Of a stretch of DNA of 64,000 nt, positions 1 to 12,308 are shown one piece after another; within the stretch, counting starts at the first letter, position 1; each line of letters begins with the position of its first letter. Below the pieces are notes generated by a model. It was not told where the DNA came from. It was given only the letters and a program-made list of their open reading frames with translations, and did not search any database. Source of the stretch: Saccostrea cucullata (lineage: Eukaryota); the NCBI RefSeq assembly GCF_032062105.1, contig NW_026933842.1, forward strand, positions 434,001-498,000, written 5' to 3'. A program made the position numbers and the translations under genes.

Positions 1-221
1 AATCAGGCTTTGTAAATAACTAACACATACGGCGAAAAAGATAAAAAGTATGAAGGAGAAATAGTCAGTGTACATTATACGAGTCCTTTGATAATGGCTA
101 ACACATATGATTTATATATATACAGTGTATAGCAATATCATCAATAAAAATACGGGGTTAAAAGCGAAGATATAGACAAATTGATATAATCTAATTGATA
201 TATAATGAGAACTTTTGTTAA

Positions 222-1150
222 AGCAATATGAACTGCATTTTTGGGAATTTTATTTTGCTGTTAAAATGTACTGTTATGACAAAAAAGAAGATTGGGGACC
301 TATAGCTTCAGATATTAAGAAATCATATTCATTTTGTGAATTAATTATCTAAATTAAGTTTGCATTATTGAAATTTATGAAATTATGAGAAACAAACTTT
401 TCCGAGAAAAAAAATATCCGGACAAAATTATTCTTTTATTAAGATATAGGATAGTATTCGTGGGATCGAACCTCTAGCAATAAAAATCCGGAATATCATA
501 CTGCTTTGAAACTATTAACGCGCTAACCACTACGTCATGGAGTATTGGGGCATTTAAATCATGTTTGTGATATGACCCAAGACTTACTGGACTTGAAGTA
601 TTTCTCGGAAAGATGCAAATATAAATGTTATGTCATAAAAGTGTACTTTTTAGGTATGATGGGTCCTTGCTTCATATTTTAGTAAAACAAAAAATGTATA
701 AATTATTCTATTGCAAACTTTAAGGATTAGCTTTCAAAAAATGGAGAGAAGACCCACTCTTATTGAAAAAAGGTTGTAAAAGTATGAGAAAATTATCTTT
801 TTTGTCCTTTTTAGTGTGTGTATGTTTTTAGAAGGCAAGCAATTTCTGTCTTTGTGAGATTTTTGTTAATTTTAGAGATTTTAAATCAAGTATATTTTAA
901 TGATAGATGAAATACGTATCAAATTAAATTTGGTTATAATTGAGACACGTCATGTCTGTTGCATTTAGGCACTTCGTCGCCTTATCCCCCCCCCCCATCT
1001 TCTTTGTACGTAATTTAAACCTGATCATGAACCTTAAGATGTGATCAATTAGACTACAACAAAGTATTAAATCTTTTTCAGAAGATTTCAGTACAATGAA
1101 ATGTATATTATTATATAAGATATCAATATTGTACAGGACGACAATAATGT
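222..1150. mobile_element. Degraded copy or copies of a TTAA-flanked non-autonomous DNA transposon (Kolobok/piggyBac-type ends)
   Basis: TTAA (218-221) is followed by AGCAATATGAACTGCATTTTT, matching the terminus of the complete copy at 60028-60424. Bases 1005-1150 also match that copy's interior (reverse complement). Right boundary unclear. Confidence 0.55.
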
Positions 1151-1257
1151 AATTTTGCTTCTTTTAAAGCTTGTAAAAACTTCCATCATAAATACGGAAA
1201 ACAGAGGTTTATAAATGTTCTTTTTTCTGTCATTGAAATAGTGACAAAGAGCACACT

Positions 1258-1350
1258 GTGTGCATGGACGGTCGATAGGGGATGCTTACTCTTCCATGAC
1301 AACTGATCCCACCTCTGATATTTTAGAGGTCCCTGTTTGCTTTGCTTACC
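1258..1350 (+). repeat. Degraded fragment of a high-copy bivalve repeat (possibly the 3' end of a Penelope-like element)
   Basis: GGTCGATAGGGGATGCTTACTCTTCCATGACAACTGATCCCACCTCTG resembles a repeat motif I recall from oyster genomes. The family assignment is from memory and unverified. Confidence 0.35.
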
Positions 1351-1431
1351 GTATGTATAGTTTGAATTGACTTTCGAACTTGATTATTGTTCGTTATCTA
1401 AATATTTCGTCAGTCTTTAAATAACATCTTT

Positions 1432-2520
1432 GCTGGCCAAGGGTTTTTCATATGCTACACTCCTCATATTCGCTATTCAAGGGTTTCTGATACGCTAATT
1501 TCCTCATCTTTACTAGCCAAGGGTTTCTGATACGCTAATATCCTCGTCTTCGCTAGCCAAGGGTTTCTGATACGCTATAATCTCCTCATCTTTGCTAGCC
1601 AAGGGTTTCTGATACGCTATAATCTCCTCATCTTTGCTAGCCAAGGGTTTCTATACGCTACTCTTTTCATCCTCGCTCTCATCTTCGCTAGCCAAGGGAT
1701 TCTGATACCCTAATATCCTCATCTTCGCTAGCCCAGGATTTCTTATATGCTACTCTCTTCATCTTCGCTATCATTTTTTGCTAGCCAAGGGTTTCTGATA
1801 CGCTACTCTCTTCCTCTTCGCTCTCATCTACTCCGCTAGCCAAGGGTTTCTGATACGCTAATCGTCTCATCTGCTCTATCCAAGGGTTTTTGATACGCCA
1901 ATCTCCTCATATTCGCTATTCGAGGGTTCCTGATACGCTACTCTCCTCATCTTCGCTAGCCAAGGGTTTCTGATATGCTACTCTCTTTATCTTCGCTCTC
2001 ATCTTCGCTAGCCAAAGGTTTTTGATACGCTTATCCCCTCATCACCGCTGACAAAGGGTAACTGATACGATAATCTCTTCATCTTCGCTAGCCAATGGTT
2101 TTTGATACACTACTGTCTTCATCTTCACTAGCCAAGGGTTTCTGATAAGCTATTTTCCTCACCTTCACTAGTCAAGGGTTTCTGATATTTGATCCCCTCA
2201 TCTTTGCTATCCAAGGGTTTCTGATACACTATTCTCTTCATCTTCGCTATCCAAGGGCTTTTGGTACGCTAATCTCCTCATCTTCTCTAGCCAAGGGTTT
2301 CTGAAAGGCTACTCTCCTCATCTTCTCTAGCCAAGGGTTTCTGATACGCTACTCTCCTCATCTTCTCTAGCCAAGGGTTTCTGATACGCTACTCTCCTCA
2401 TCTTCTCTAGCCAAGGGTTTCTGATACGCTACTCTCCTCATATTTGCTAGTCAAGGGTTTCTGATACACTACTCTCTTCATCTTCTATAGCCAAGGGTTT
2501 CTGATACATGTACGCCACTC
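1432..2520 (+). repeat. Tandem minisatellite, 40-bp unit GCTAGCCAAGGGTTTCTGATACGCTACTCTCCTCATCTTC, about 25 units
   Basis: Head-to-tail repeats are directly visible. Near-identical 40-bp units at 2280-2440; several units carry short CGCTCTCATCTT duplications. Confidence 0.95.
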
Positions 2521-2944
2521 TTCTCATAAACCCTTGGCAAACGGTGCTGTGAAAAGAAGGGATCGCTTTGTCACGTGATCTCGAATTTGAACAGGTTTAA
2601 GTCACGATTTTTTAAAAATGATTTACAAGGAGGTATTAATTTTTCATTTGTTATTTTAAGTGCAAATCCACATCTTCAATACAGATTCTTAATCATATTT
2701 TGCACATATCTTAAGATTTTGGATGACACCATATCTCTTCATAGAATACCGTGATCGTTGTTTGTGTTTTTCATTTCCGAGAGTAGAGTCCAAATATGTC
2801 CCAAATGCAGATATAAAAAGAAAATGCTGATTGATCGACCGATTTTGATCCACCCCAATTACTGAGGAAAAAACTAAACTTTTTAAACACCGTATGCCAA
2901 GGGTTTATGGAAGAGTAGCGTATCAGAAACCCTTGGCTAGCGAA
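2487..2944. mobile_element. MITE-like element whose ~55-bp terminal inverted repeat contains the satellite unit
   Basis: Left end TAGCCAAGGGTTTCTGATAC...CATAAACCCTTGGCAAACGGTG. The right end (2888-2944), CACCGTATGCCAAGGGTTTATGGAAGAGTAGCGTATCAGAAACCCTTGGCTAGCGAA, is its near reverse complement. Confidence 0.75.
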
Positions 2945-4291
2945 TTTCTTGTAATAAGTGCTGTATTTCAAATTCATTTTACTTTGAAAATCGAGAGTTT
3001 ACAAAATGAAAAAAATATCAAATTGAATACAATAACGGGATACTTTGTTATGTTTAACTGATATAAAAAATTAAAACTACCTATCTTGAAAAACTCTGAA
3101 GGGGAGCTTCAGGACAAGATAAGTATAAATTATCTACATAATTATTGTACCCTTATTCAGCCATTTAAACCATTTGAGTAACAGACAAAAGAAGGGGGTA
3201 AAATGGCCATTTCTATTTTCTTTTTCTCTCTTATTGTACTTTTTTGATTCTAAATTTTAAGGAATGGTGGCCGTTTGGAATACCACATCTTATATGAGTG
3301 CTTACATCAAAGTACAGTGTAAGTTGAAACATTTGTACAAACAGCAATAATTGCATTTTTATTTTTAAATTCAAATAACAATCAAAGTACAATTTTATTT
3401 TCAATAACAATACATATTGTAGTGTATAAACATAAACCACAGGAAGTGCACATTTCCCTTACCCTTATCCTGTTAACCAGTACATATAATGATCAGCTGG
3501 CTCTAATTAAATTTTTAAGTCCCCCCCTTTCAATTTGTCTTGCTACATATGCTCACAATTCGTTTGAATTCCAAATCTCTATTACATGTTCACGTTTCTT
3601 CATTTATGTGAACATACATAATAATAATGTATAAATTTTAGTGCAAGTATTACAGATGTATAGAAAAACCAAATTGAAAAAATTAAGTAAAATCAGTGGA
3701 AAAGATAAAACAGAACTTGATCACATTATCAGATCTTATAGAAATGTATCTAACAAAAAAAGTAAGCAAAACGTGTGAAAGTAGCACAAATTAAAAACAT
3801 TAAATAAGTTAAACTTAAAACAAAACATTAATAAATGTTGATACCTATGAAAAGATTATAAAACAAAAGAGCAATGTTTTGGAATAATTATGTCTCTGAA
3901 ACGCCTTGTGCTGACGTAACATCTCATACATTTTCTAGATTTCAGTAGCTAAGAACCTACATACATGTAAATAAGGCAATAACTATTCGGAGAAGAGAAC
4001 ATAAAATAAAAAGTGAAATAGTTTTAATAGTCCATGGTTTACATGTATATGTGCACCATGTGATGGTAAATATGTAAAGTACATTTAATCATATTTAATC
4101 AAATGAATAGATAAAAACAGTTTGTACAAGGATAATTCATTACATAAAATGTATATATAACCCTATATGGCCAGTTATCACAGATTCTAGAACACTTTAT
4201 ACGTTGTATTTTTATGCATTATAAATGTTGTAAAAACATGAATAAAAGATTATAATGTTCAAAACATTTTGGAAAACAACGAAATAAGACA

Positions 4292-6337
4292 TCATGACTT
4301 AACAGGCGGTTTAAGGGGAGGGGCATCGGACTCAGAATAAGGAGGTGGGGGCTCCCCATAGTACGGCCCGGGTTGTGTATTCCCGCCATACCCGCTAGGT
4401 CCCGAATGTGGGTATTCTTGACTTTCTGCGGGCGGCGCTGACGGCGTGGCGCCGTAAGACTGCGGTGGTTGGTCGTGTCCGTAATACTGCTGCTGTTGGT
4501 AGCCCGGATGATAACCTCCGTGTGTTTGATGTTGTGGAGGATACGCTGGTTGCTCTACTACTACTGGTGCCCTCGGATAACCGTGTGGATTAGCACGAGG
4601 AGGTGTGATGACAACATTTGATTGGTTCGATTGAATCACATGACCTTCATCCATAACTGGATTATGAGTGTAGTACTCACCTAAATTTGAGAAAAAAGAA
4701 ATCAACATGAAATTGACTGAAATATAATTTTGGAAAGTTGACATGGTTGATATGATGATAATATCTTCTGACTTTTGAGGACATTTTTCATAATTATACA
4801 AACATTATTTTTCTTTCAATGAATATTTTTGTATTACAGGTATTGTAAATTGTGAGTGTAATAAAATGTTTGAAGTCTCACTTGACATTCCAATAAAAGA
4901 CACGCCCCAGATACAACTCCAGATCCACCCCAGCAGAAGGACAGGAAGGGTGAGAATTTGAAGTATCCCGATCCAGAAGCTGATACAAAAGCTACTGAGC
5001 TTCTCGCACCCTGTCATGTCCTCGCTGCGTGCGCAGCAACAGACGGTAAATCCCGCTATTATTGTTCCTGTCAAATACGTTCATACAGTGTGTATATTTA
5101 TTATGATTAATATTTCGTTTTGCACTGCATATTGAAACAGATTTTTTTTAAAATAAAAACATTAACAACGAAATCTATAGTATAGGTAAGTAGAACGAGT
5201 TCCAATGTCACATGCATATTTTCAAACATGCATACACCTTCGTAGATTCTTCTTAGATAAATTAATGTATTTTGGTGACTGTTCGTAACTTTTTTCTTTT
5301 AAATGAAATTTTTTAAGAAAATTAATACAAATCAAGTTGAACAAAATTAATCAGAGTAAATACTGTGAGTCCCTACATTACATGTAAAATACCTTCTGGT
5401 ACGAATGTAACGATATTCTGGTTTATGCGCCTGTATATAAAATTCTAATTGATTTAAAATTGTTCGATTGCTGTCACTTTCTCAGTTTCATGTGAAAGTT
5501 TTCGAAGTTTCAAAACATGCAGTCCTACATGTAAACTGTGAAATACTAGGAGTTATGCGACGATTCTTCACCGAGATAAAAACAGGCAAATGCATTTATT
5601 TCCACTGGAAACTGATTTTCTTATACTGGTACTGCTTTATCTGAATTAAATTGTAACTGAATCTATTTACTATCACTGGCTGTATGATTATCAACTTATC
5701 AATCCATTTATAAAGTCTTTTTGATTCATAACTTCGGTAGAAAAAAATCTGTACATTTTTCCCCACAAGGAAAACAGTCGAACATTATTGTAGAGGTTTA
5801 GTTTTTATGTGCACGTCATCAAATGTGGTGTACTGTGCTTTTTCATATCGACATTTTATCACTTTTCTGGAAATTCATTGTAGTATGTCTTTTTTTTTAA
5901 AGAAATAAACCGTGCGTGCAATTGACCTTTTACTTAATTATTCAGAACTAAAATTCAGAGATTAGATCAATCATAATAGTTTTATCTAAGATTTTTTAAA
6001 ATTTTGTTCATTTCATATTCAGATTTCAAAACCTAGCCATGTTTGCTTTCCATGAATTTTGATCAAGTTAATTTGTGGAGTTTTTGTAAGAATTTTAATA
6101 GGCCTATGTGGTACTGTAGCTCTCCAGTCTGTCAAAATATTTTTTTATGAGAGCAACCATGTACTGTGTCCTAATGCGTTGATTTACTTTACAATATAAA
6201 GGAAAAGAAAGATAACTCTTACCCAAACCTGGGACGAGAAAATTCAGAACACAACACAGGATTGCCATCGGACGAGGCATAGCGGGTACCGCGATCCGCC
6301 CCTGTTTCCCCCGGGCGCGGACCTCACCTCGACCCAT
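4292..6337 (-). CDS. SPEC3/stum-family membrane protein, paralog A (229 aa, 3 coding exons)
   Basis: Exons 6337-6223, 5067-4882, 4680-4292 (115+186+389=690 nt), GT-AG, both introns phase 1. Family motifs AVPAMPRPMAILCCVLNFLVPGLGTIIAG and IGILQILTLPVLLLGWIWSCIWG. P/G/Y/Q-rich tail with PSAP and PPPY. Confidence 0.9.
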
Positions 6338-6940
6338 GTTTGGTGTCTTTTAGAGTTCTGTCATTTTTTACTTCAATAAATGCTGTTTTACTCAATATTT
6401 ATATGCGTCATCGTCTGAAATTCCTTGTACATGCCCTAAAGGAACAAAAACAACAGCAGTTTGCTATTCAAAACGAAGCCCATAAAAATTAAGCTGGTTT
6501 TATTGAAAAGGCTGAGACTTTTTTTTAACTATTAAAAGTGAATTTTAAAAGATCTTATACATGAAGATTGAAACAAATGATGTACGATTACTTACCTTCT
6601 CGTTTTTGTTTGTTTGCAATCCGAAGCCGGATGTAGGTTAGACGAGTGACTTCCCTTTGTTTTAGATAAAACAAGGAGGTGGATCTATATGGATTAATAT
6701 ACACGTCATGTAATCATTTATATCGCCTTTTGGTTAATTTGTAGAAACGGTTAGGGATACAAGAACAATACTCATGAATAGAACTGAAAGAAATTTTACC
6801 GTAGTACATATTTATTAAATCATTCATTTCAAAAAAAAACAAAAAAGAAAACATTTGTTGATTTAATTTTTTGTTTTTCACCCCCCCCCCCCCATTTTTC
6901 TTTTAGAGAAGAGGTATTCATACGTTTACTATACAATTAG

Positions 6941-7057
6941 AGCCTTTTGATGAGGTCAATCCCTCGATATATAGACCTTAGAGAAATCATATCGACCGAG
7001 CACGATATGCTTTCTCTAAGGTCTATATATCGAGGGATTGTACCGAATCAAAAGGCT
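6941..7057. mobile_element. Long hairpin terminus of a non-autonomous element (Crypton-like architecture, superfamily uncertain)
   Basis: AGCCTTTTGAT..CAATCCCTCGATATATAGACCTTAGAGAAA / TTTCTCTAAGGTCTATATATCGAGGGATTG..ATCAAAAGGCT forms a ~50-bp stem. Confidence 0.55.
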
Positions 7058-8410
7058 ACAGTTATTTTATTAATTTTTATCAGTTAATAAGAAATGTCTT
7101 AAAATCCTTCTTTCTAATACTCAGTACCTTCTCAAACAAGGCATTGTTATGACATTGCATTATGATGTCACAGTAATGAAAACCAGCCGCAGTACATCCA
7201 GTCTATAAAGACTATTGTGACGTCAGTACTATTGTTGCTTCACAGAGAACGTTTCCAATTTTAGAAACAACAGGTTTATAAATTTTTAAAATAGAAACAT
7301 CCAGTCTGTAACACTTTTTATACTTGATCATGTGATTCAGTTTTAGCCAATCAGATAGTTGGAACAATATAGAAAAATAATAAAAGTTATTGCATAAATA
7401 TTGCATGTAAATAAGGTGGAGCATTGATGTTTTTCACCCGAAGAAAATCAATGTCAGTCAAGGCGCATCCGACAATGGTTTTCGAACCGACTGACGAGGA
7501 TATAATTTCAATGTAAAGTTATGTGTCCCCTCGACTGCATGTACAGAGTACATGTACATGTATGCAATATTTATAATATATATATCATAATACAGATTTT
7601 TATATTTTTTTCTCCTGACAAATCAGGGTATCTAATTAATATTCATAATCTCATTTTTGACAGTTTGCAGTCTATGGTACCTGACCCAATAATACAATTG
7701 CAATTTTTAATATCAAGTGCAACAGGCCTAGAAGAAAAAAAATAAAGAAATTTCATATTAATAGAATTTAAGTCCATTCTGCCCCATTCCTTGTTAGCAA
7801 CGACGGGTTTTTTTTTAAAATTCTACGCAAAGTTCATTCTACAGTGTTACAGTAATATGCTTTCTATTTTACATCTTTTTTTTGAATAGTTAGGACCGTA
7901 GAGAAAGTGATATTACACAGAGAGAGAGAGAGATCGAGAGGGGGGATATTTAACGAATAAAAATTTAAACTTCATAAGAAATGTTTTTATTTCAAAACAA
8001 CAAAAATGCAACATGTATTACCCGGTAGATTATTTCTTTACATAACAATCATTCGCTTATCTGCCATTTGTATAATAAATTAAGGTAAGACATTTCATTA
8101 TGATACTGAATGCAACAAAATCTAATAATTAAGTTCTAAATATACAGGAAAGAGATTCCATATTAGCCTTGATATTTTGTGATTGATGTTTACACATTTT
8201 TTTATATATTGAGTTATATAATATTGTATAATATAATATATATTATAATATTACAACTTAATCAGTTTTAGTTTGTAACTGAAGGAAGAAATATCTTAAG
8301 TAATGTTTCAAAGAATTTTAAAATGTTGACATTTTCAAAGACACAAGTAGGCCTAATTAACCTACATGTAAATAAAAAAGGAACATGCATTTGTCTGTGT
8401 ATATTTTCTC

Positions 8411-8880
8411 TTCATCTTCGCCAGCCAAGGGTTTCTGAAACGCTACTTTCCTCATCTTCGCTAGTCAAGGGTTTCTGAGACGCTACTCACCTCATCTTCG
8501 CTAACCAAGGGTTTCTGATACACCACTCTCCATATCTTCGCTAGTCAAGGGTTTCTGATACGCTACTCTCCTCATCTTCGATAGCCAAGGGTTTCTGATA
8601 CACTACTCTCTTCATCTTTGCTAACCAAGGGTTTCTGATACACCACCCTGCCTCATAAACCCTTGACAAACGGTGCTGTGAAAAGAAGGGATTGCTTTGT
8701 TACGTGATCTCAAATTTAATTGTGTTTTTCATTTCCGAGAGTAAAGAGTCCAAATATGTCCCAAATGCAGATATAAAAAGAAAATTATGCTGATTGATCG
8801 ACTGACTTCGATCCACCCCAATCACTGAGAAAAAAACCTAAACATTTTAACACCGTATACCTTGAGGGTTTATGGAAGAT
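8411..8880 (+). repeat. Second, shorter copy of the 40-bp satellite (~6 units) plus an internally deleted copy of its MITE
   Basis: Same unit at 8411-8660, then CATAAACCCTTGACAAACGGTGCTGTGAAAAGAAGGG and the block homologous to 2764-2913. The right TIR is truncated. Confidence 0.9.
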
Positions 8881-8884
8881 TGTA

Positions 8885-9078
8885 ATATAATTATGTTAAC
8901 ATGCTACTTATTTATGTCAAGATGCGACTTATTTATGTGAATATTGATAAGTTGCATATCAACATACATATCTGGCATGTAAACATAGTTATCTTGCATG
9001 TTGACATAAATATGTTGCATGTCTACATAATTATGTTGCATGTTAACATAATTTATCTTGCATGTAGGGAGCAGAAGA
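8885..9078 (+). repeat. Interspersed repeat fragment built of ~21-bp ATGTTGCATGTTGACATAATT-like units
   Basis: Degenerate tandem units are visible. It is absent from the paralog A region. Confidence 0.6.
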
Positions 9079-9571
9079 ATCAGTGGAAAAAATAAAATAT
9101 AGAACTTGATAACATTATCAGATCTTATAACAATGCACAATGCTTTTAACAAAAAAATTGCAAAACGTGTAAAATAGCACAAATTAAAAACATAAAAAAA
9201 GTTTAAACTTAAACTAAACATTATTAAATATTGATGACCATGAAAACAAAAGAGCAATATTTTGCAACAATTAAACCTCTGAAATGCCGTGTGTTGATGT
9301 AACATCTCTTATATACTAGTATTCTAGATTTCAGTCTCTAAGAATCTACATTAAAAAGACAAAAACTATTTCTCTTGAACATTGTGTATATAGATTAGAA
9401 CAGCTTGTGGATGGATCTAATAGCTCATAACATAAAATGTATATGTACCCCGTCATAATTCCCTATATGGCCACTTATCACAGGACACTTTATACGTTAC
9501 TTTTATTATAAACGTGGTAAAAACATGAATAAAATATAATGTAAAGAACAGTTTGAAAACAACAAGAAACA

Positions 9572-12308
9572 TCATGATTTCACAGGGGGTTTAAGGGGAG
9601 GAGCATCGCACTCGGAATACGGAGGTGGAGGTTCCCCATAGTACGGCCCTGGTTGTGAATTTCCTCCATACCCGCTAGGTCCCAGATGTTGGTATTCTTG
9701 ACTTTCTGCAGGCGGCGCTGATGGCGTGGCGCCGTAAGACTGCGGTGGTTGGTCGTGTCCGTAATACTGCTGCTGTTGGTAGCCCGGATGATAACCTCCG
9801 TGTGTTTGATGTTGTGGAGGATAACCTGGTTGCTCTACTACTACCGGTGCCCCTGGATAACCATGCGGATTAGCACGAGGAGGCGTGATGACAACATTTG
9901 ATTGGTTCGATTGAATCACATGACCTTCGTCCATAACTGGATTATGTGTGTAGTACTCACCTAAATTTGAAAATGAAATCACTATGAAATATGATGTTAG
10001 AATGTGTTCTCTGAGGTCACAAACGTTTACTTCTTCACGTTTCGTTATTATACAAACAAAAACTCATTCTTTTATTTTTCAATACATTTTTGATTTACAG
10101 AAATCATATGTGAGAGTGATTACATGCATAAAATGTCTGAACTCTTACTCGACATTCTAATAAAGGACACGCCCCAGATACAACTCCAGATCCACCCCAC
10201 CAGAAGGACAGGAAGGGTGAGAATTTGAAGTATCCCGATCCAGAAGCTGATACCACAACTATCCAGCTTCTCGCAACATGTCATGTCTTCACTGTGTGCA
10301 CTGCAACAGACGCTAAATCCCGCTATTATTGTTCCTGTCAAACAAGTACATACACTTTATATACAAGTATGTAATTATAGAATTAACAAATAAAAATATT
10401 TTTGTATAGCATTGCATTCTGAAACAGATGTAAGTAAGAAAGTAAATTTTATTTATAGTCGAATATATAACAAAGAACATGAGCTTTAAAGCTATTTTAC
10501 CGACGTTCGACAACGATTTGTTTTATAAAACCATAAAGACGAAATGTATGGAAAAAAAAACATGTAGGTATATACTAGGTAGAATCATTGGTTCAAATGT
10601 TCATACCGGTATTTTCAAACATGCATGCACCTGTATAGATTCTGATAGGCTATATAGTAATATATTTTGATGACCATAACTTTTTCTTTTTCAATAAAAT
10701 GCTTAGAGATTTAGCACAAATTGAACAAAATTACATACATGTACTATGAGTCCCTTTATTACAAGTAAAATACCTCCAGGAACGAATGTAACGCAATTTT
10801 TAATTAATTTTTATTAAATTTGCCTACGTAGTTTTAATGCAGCTATGTTACTATAAACACGGTATACATGTAGTTGTTAGTACTTGTTTCACGCTTGACT
10901 ATTGAAAGGTATGGAAAAATGACTTTTTAAAGCCAATTTTCTGAAAATAGTTTCTTTTAAAAAGATTAGATAACTTTTAAGACTTAGACAAATTAGTCAG
11001 GAATTTCAAAATTTCAAGATGAGGTTAAATCAAAACTTTAACATAAAAAATCAATATGTCTTCTCGTTAGATTTTTTGCTAGTAAACAATTTCATAGTTT
11101 TCTTTTATACTGCTAAAATGTTGCTTTTATGGCGTTATTTATATCTTCAACGTCATTTGTTGAACGTAGTCACATTTACAGTACGAGTATAAATATCTTG
11201 ACCTTTGGAATATGCAAGAATTAAAAGGTGATATCGATATAAAATTTAATTTCATTCATTAATTAATTTATTGAGGAGACATATTAGGATGACTAGCAAC
11301 TTATTTTCACCAGTATTGAGAAATTCATATTCTGATCACAAAGTCAGAATGAACGATATTTAAATAATCCTCGTGCAGCGAGTGAAAAAAATATAGTACC
11401 TGTATTTTTAGGAAATGCATGGTCAATGGGATTTAAGGCATAAAACAAAAATTTGTTACGTTGTTTACGTTGCCTTTGTGACGTACCTGACGTCATAATC
11501 AAATGTGCACAAAATAACCGCTCGAATCGTCGAAGTTGTGTACCAAAATTGATGACAAAAGCAAACCCGAGACCTACCTTAAGTAGGGGGTATATTTTTT
11601 TTTTAACTAAGGTCATATGCAACGTACCTTTCCTACTGCTAATTTTTCAAGATATTCCTAAATTATGATAATAGTTTCATCAGATGTTCATAGACAAAAA
11701 ATCAGCATGCAATATCAGGGTTTTTTGTAAGATATCAATTGATAAAAATTCTTGAATTTTTCAAAGAAAAATATATAAAAATATTAAATATACATCCTAG
11801 GCGATTCTTTTATCACAGGAGTTCGCGTACCTATCAATTTTACCGAATTTTTCAGTAAATTAAAAAAAAGCGTAATACTTATAATAATAACATTATTGTA
11901 AGTAGTACGTATTTTTTTAATTTACTGAAAAGTTTGGTAAAATTGATAGGTATGCAAACTCCTGTGCTTTTATCAATTCTTGTTTTAGAAGAAGTGTACA
12001 TCACCATAGTGGGGATGGTCCATATATAAACATTTAAATATAGCATACTGTTCCTTCAACTACTGGAACATCTTGAGCTCCATGGAAAAAGGCAAAAGAA
12101 GTTCGAACTACGTTGCGTATGTCCTTAAAGAAAAATAGGTGCTTGTGGATTCACTCGATGTACAATGTAAGGGAAAAGAAAGATAACTCTTACCCAAACC
12201 TGGGACGAGAAAATTCAGAACACAACACAGTATCGCCATCGGACGGGGCATAGCGGGTACCGCGATCCGCCCCTGTTTCCCCCGGGCGCGGACCTCACCT
12301 CGACCCAT
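9572..12308 (-). CDS. SPEC3/stum-family membrane protein, paralog B (229 aa, 3 coding exons)
   Basis: Exons 12308-12194, 10334-10149, 9960-9572 have the same lengths and phases as paralog A. The exon 1 peptide is identical and the ORF is intact. Confidence 0.88.
11814..11966. mobile_element. 153-bp foldback MITE with a 7-bp target-site duplication
   Basis: CACAGGAGTTCGCGTACCTATCAATTTTACC...GGTAAAATTGATAGGTATGCAAACTCCTGTG, almost entirely palindromic, flanked by CTTTTAT at 11807-11813 and 11967-11973. CA..TG ends with a 7-bp TSD are P-element-like. Confidence 0.8.

Noticed and set aside
1432-2520. CRISPR-like array of 40-bp repeats
   Set aside because: Units are head-to-tail with no unique spacers, there are no cas genes, and the context is eukaryotic.
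8901-9305. Overlapping ORFs on both strands
   Set aside because: Produced by the 21-bp unit repeat and by sequence homologous to the paralog A 3' region.
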